Assembly: GCA_002633005.1 (NCBI GenBank)
Contig: NMRA01000192.1
Location: 141,279-205,278, forward strand
Origin: Phoronis australis
Lineage: Eukaryota > Animalia > Phoronida
DNA length: 64,000 nucleotides
Direction: 5' to 3'
Position numbers and translations under genes: made by a program. The notes beneath the pieces were generated by a model. The model was not told the origin of the DNA and made no database searches. It saw only the letters and a program-made list of their open reading frames with translations. The stretch's first letter is position 1; the number at the start of each line of letters is the position of its first letter. Shown here piece after piece: positions 62,901 through 64,000 of the stretch.

Positions 62901-64000
62901 TATTCATCAAAAAACCATTCAGTTTGCAAAATCTGTTATTCTAAATTATCTCTTTTGATTGCCAATTAACACTTTCTTGTTTGCTGTCGGCAATGGGACT
63001 GAAAAGAAGACATTTAAGCACTGGCACGACTGCCGCCAGCCTCCCTCCGAAAATATTCTGCATTATTTTTGCTCGTTTCAGGTGATCTTTCTTTTTTAAA
63101 AGGTCATCAACTAAAATACCACACGTGCTTCATAATCTTTATTTTCCAGCTGGTAATATAAAATTTAAAGCAAACAATTTCTCATAAATATTTATCAGTT
63201 ACAACAAAATACCAACATCAAGCACATTCAACTACTTACTTTTTAAAAAATCTATTTATTTTCACTCAGTTGTAACACGACATAAATGTAGTTTCACCTC
63301 TTTTAAAAATCGTCTCAACCCAATCCAATGTTATGGAGTTCAATAAGTGATTTTTACGTTCCCCCTTTTTATGAAAATGTGCGACTATCGGAAAAGCTTG
63401 ACCAAAATTTTTTGGCAACATGCGTTTTGGGGGCGAAACGCTGCGATGATGAACCTCACCAGCCAATGAAAAAAAAACATTCATGTAACATCGTGATGGG
63501 ATTTTTCGCTGATGAATTTGCCTTCGAAGAAGGAATAGGCCCATTCTATTGTCTTTGCATCTCAAAGAGTCGCTTCTTTCGTGTTAGAATACAATTCTTG
63601 GGTAGGCTAAACCCTGGTGCGCGTGATGTTTAAGAGTTGCACTCAGTCGCAGTTGTCGGCTGGTGCACACGTGGTTGCAAGCGTCTGCGAGTAGTTGTCT
63701 ATAGACAGTATAATAATTCCCACACTTGTCTGCGCTTGACAGAAGTTTTCAAAGAAATTTGTAGTGTTGTAGATTCACTGTTCTTACTAAACAGCATTGT
63801 AAAAGAATCACGACTAGCTTGGCACGTTTTTGCATTGCTGGTTAAAGTCATGTGATCCGTTTTAAAAACACTGTGCATCTGCATAAAAACCATTGAAACA
63901 TACTCTCTGATACTTAATTAGAACTTTTCTTAAGTATGAGATCGATATGCTGCCTGTACATACTTTTTATTTTATTTTATTTTTTATTTTCCTAAAATCT

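Noticed and set aside
1-64000. CRISPR array, rRNA or prokaryotic operon/defence system
   Set aside because: No repeat-spacer periodicity or rRNA motifs. Low gene density, a spliceosomal intron and animal TEs indicate eukaryotic nuclear DNA.

Overview
AT-rich, repeat-dense animal (probably marine invertebrate) nuclear DNA from a draft assembly. It has three N-gaps and several single-n joins, and no prokaryotic features. The main content is a tandem pair of minus-strand GRL101-like/LGR type C receptor genes. Copy B (29591-23313) has two exons and one 453-bp GT-AG intron. It encodes signal peptide, about 4 CUB-like domains, 2 C-type lectin domains, about 7 LDLa repeats, LRRs, hinge and a rhodopsin-class 7TM. 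It is open over 1941 codons except for one in-frame TGA at the end of TM1 (VIV*RMK), where the family normally has Trp. Copy A (9983-4346) is a decayed paralog, yet it carries the same TGA-CGA-ATG junction. This makes a stop-codon-readthrough or split-receptor system the best candidate for novel biology here; a nonsense allele shared by gene conversion is the main alternative. The window also holds an intronless METTL27-like methyltransferase (59942-59298) and a 5.2-kb foldback palindrome between the two receptor copies. The rest is a second direct/inverted repeat cluster and many decayed or non-autonomous TEs (Tc1-like IR/DR, ISL2EU-like, hAT-like, CR1-group LINE, Ty3/Gypsy). Identity statements are by-eye estimates.
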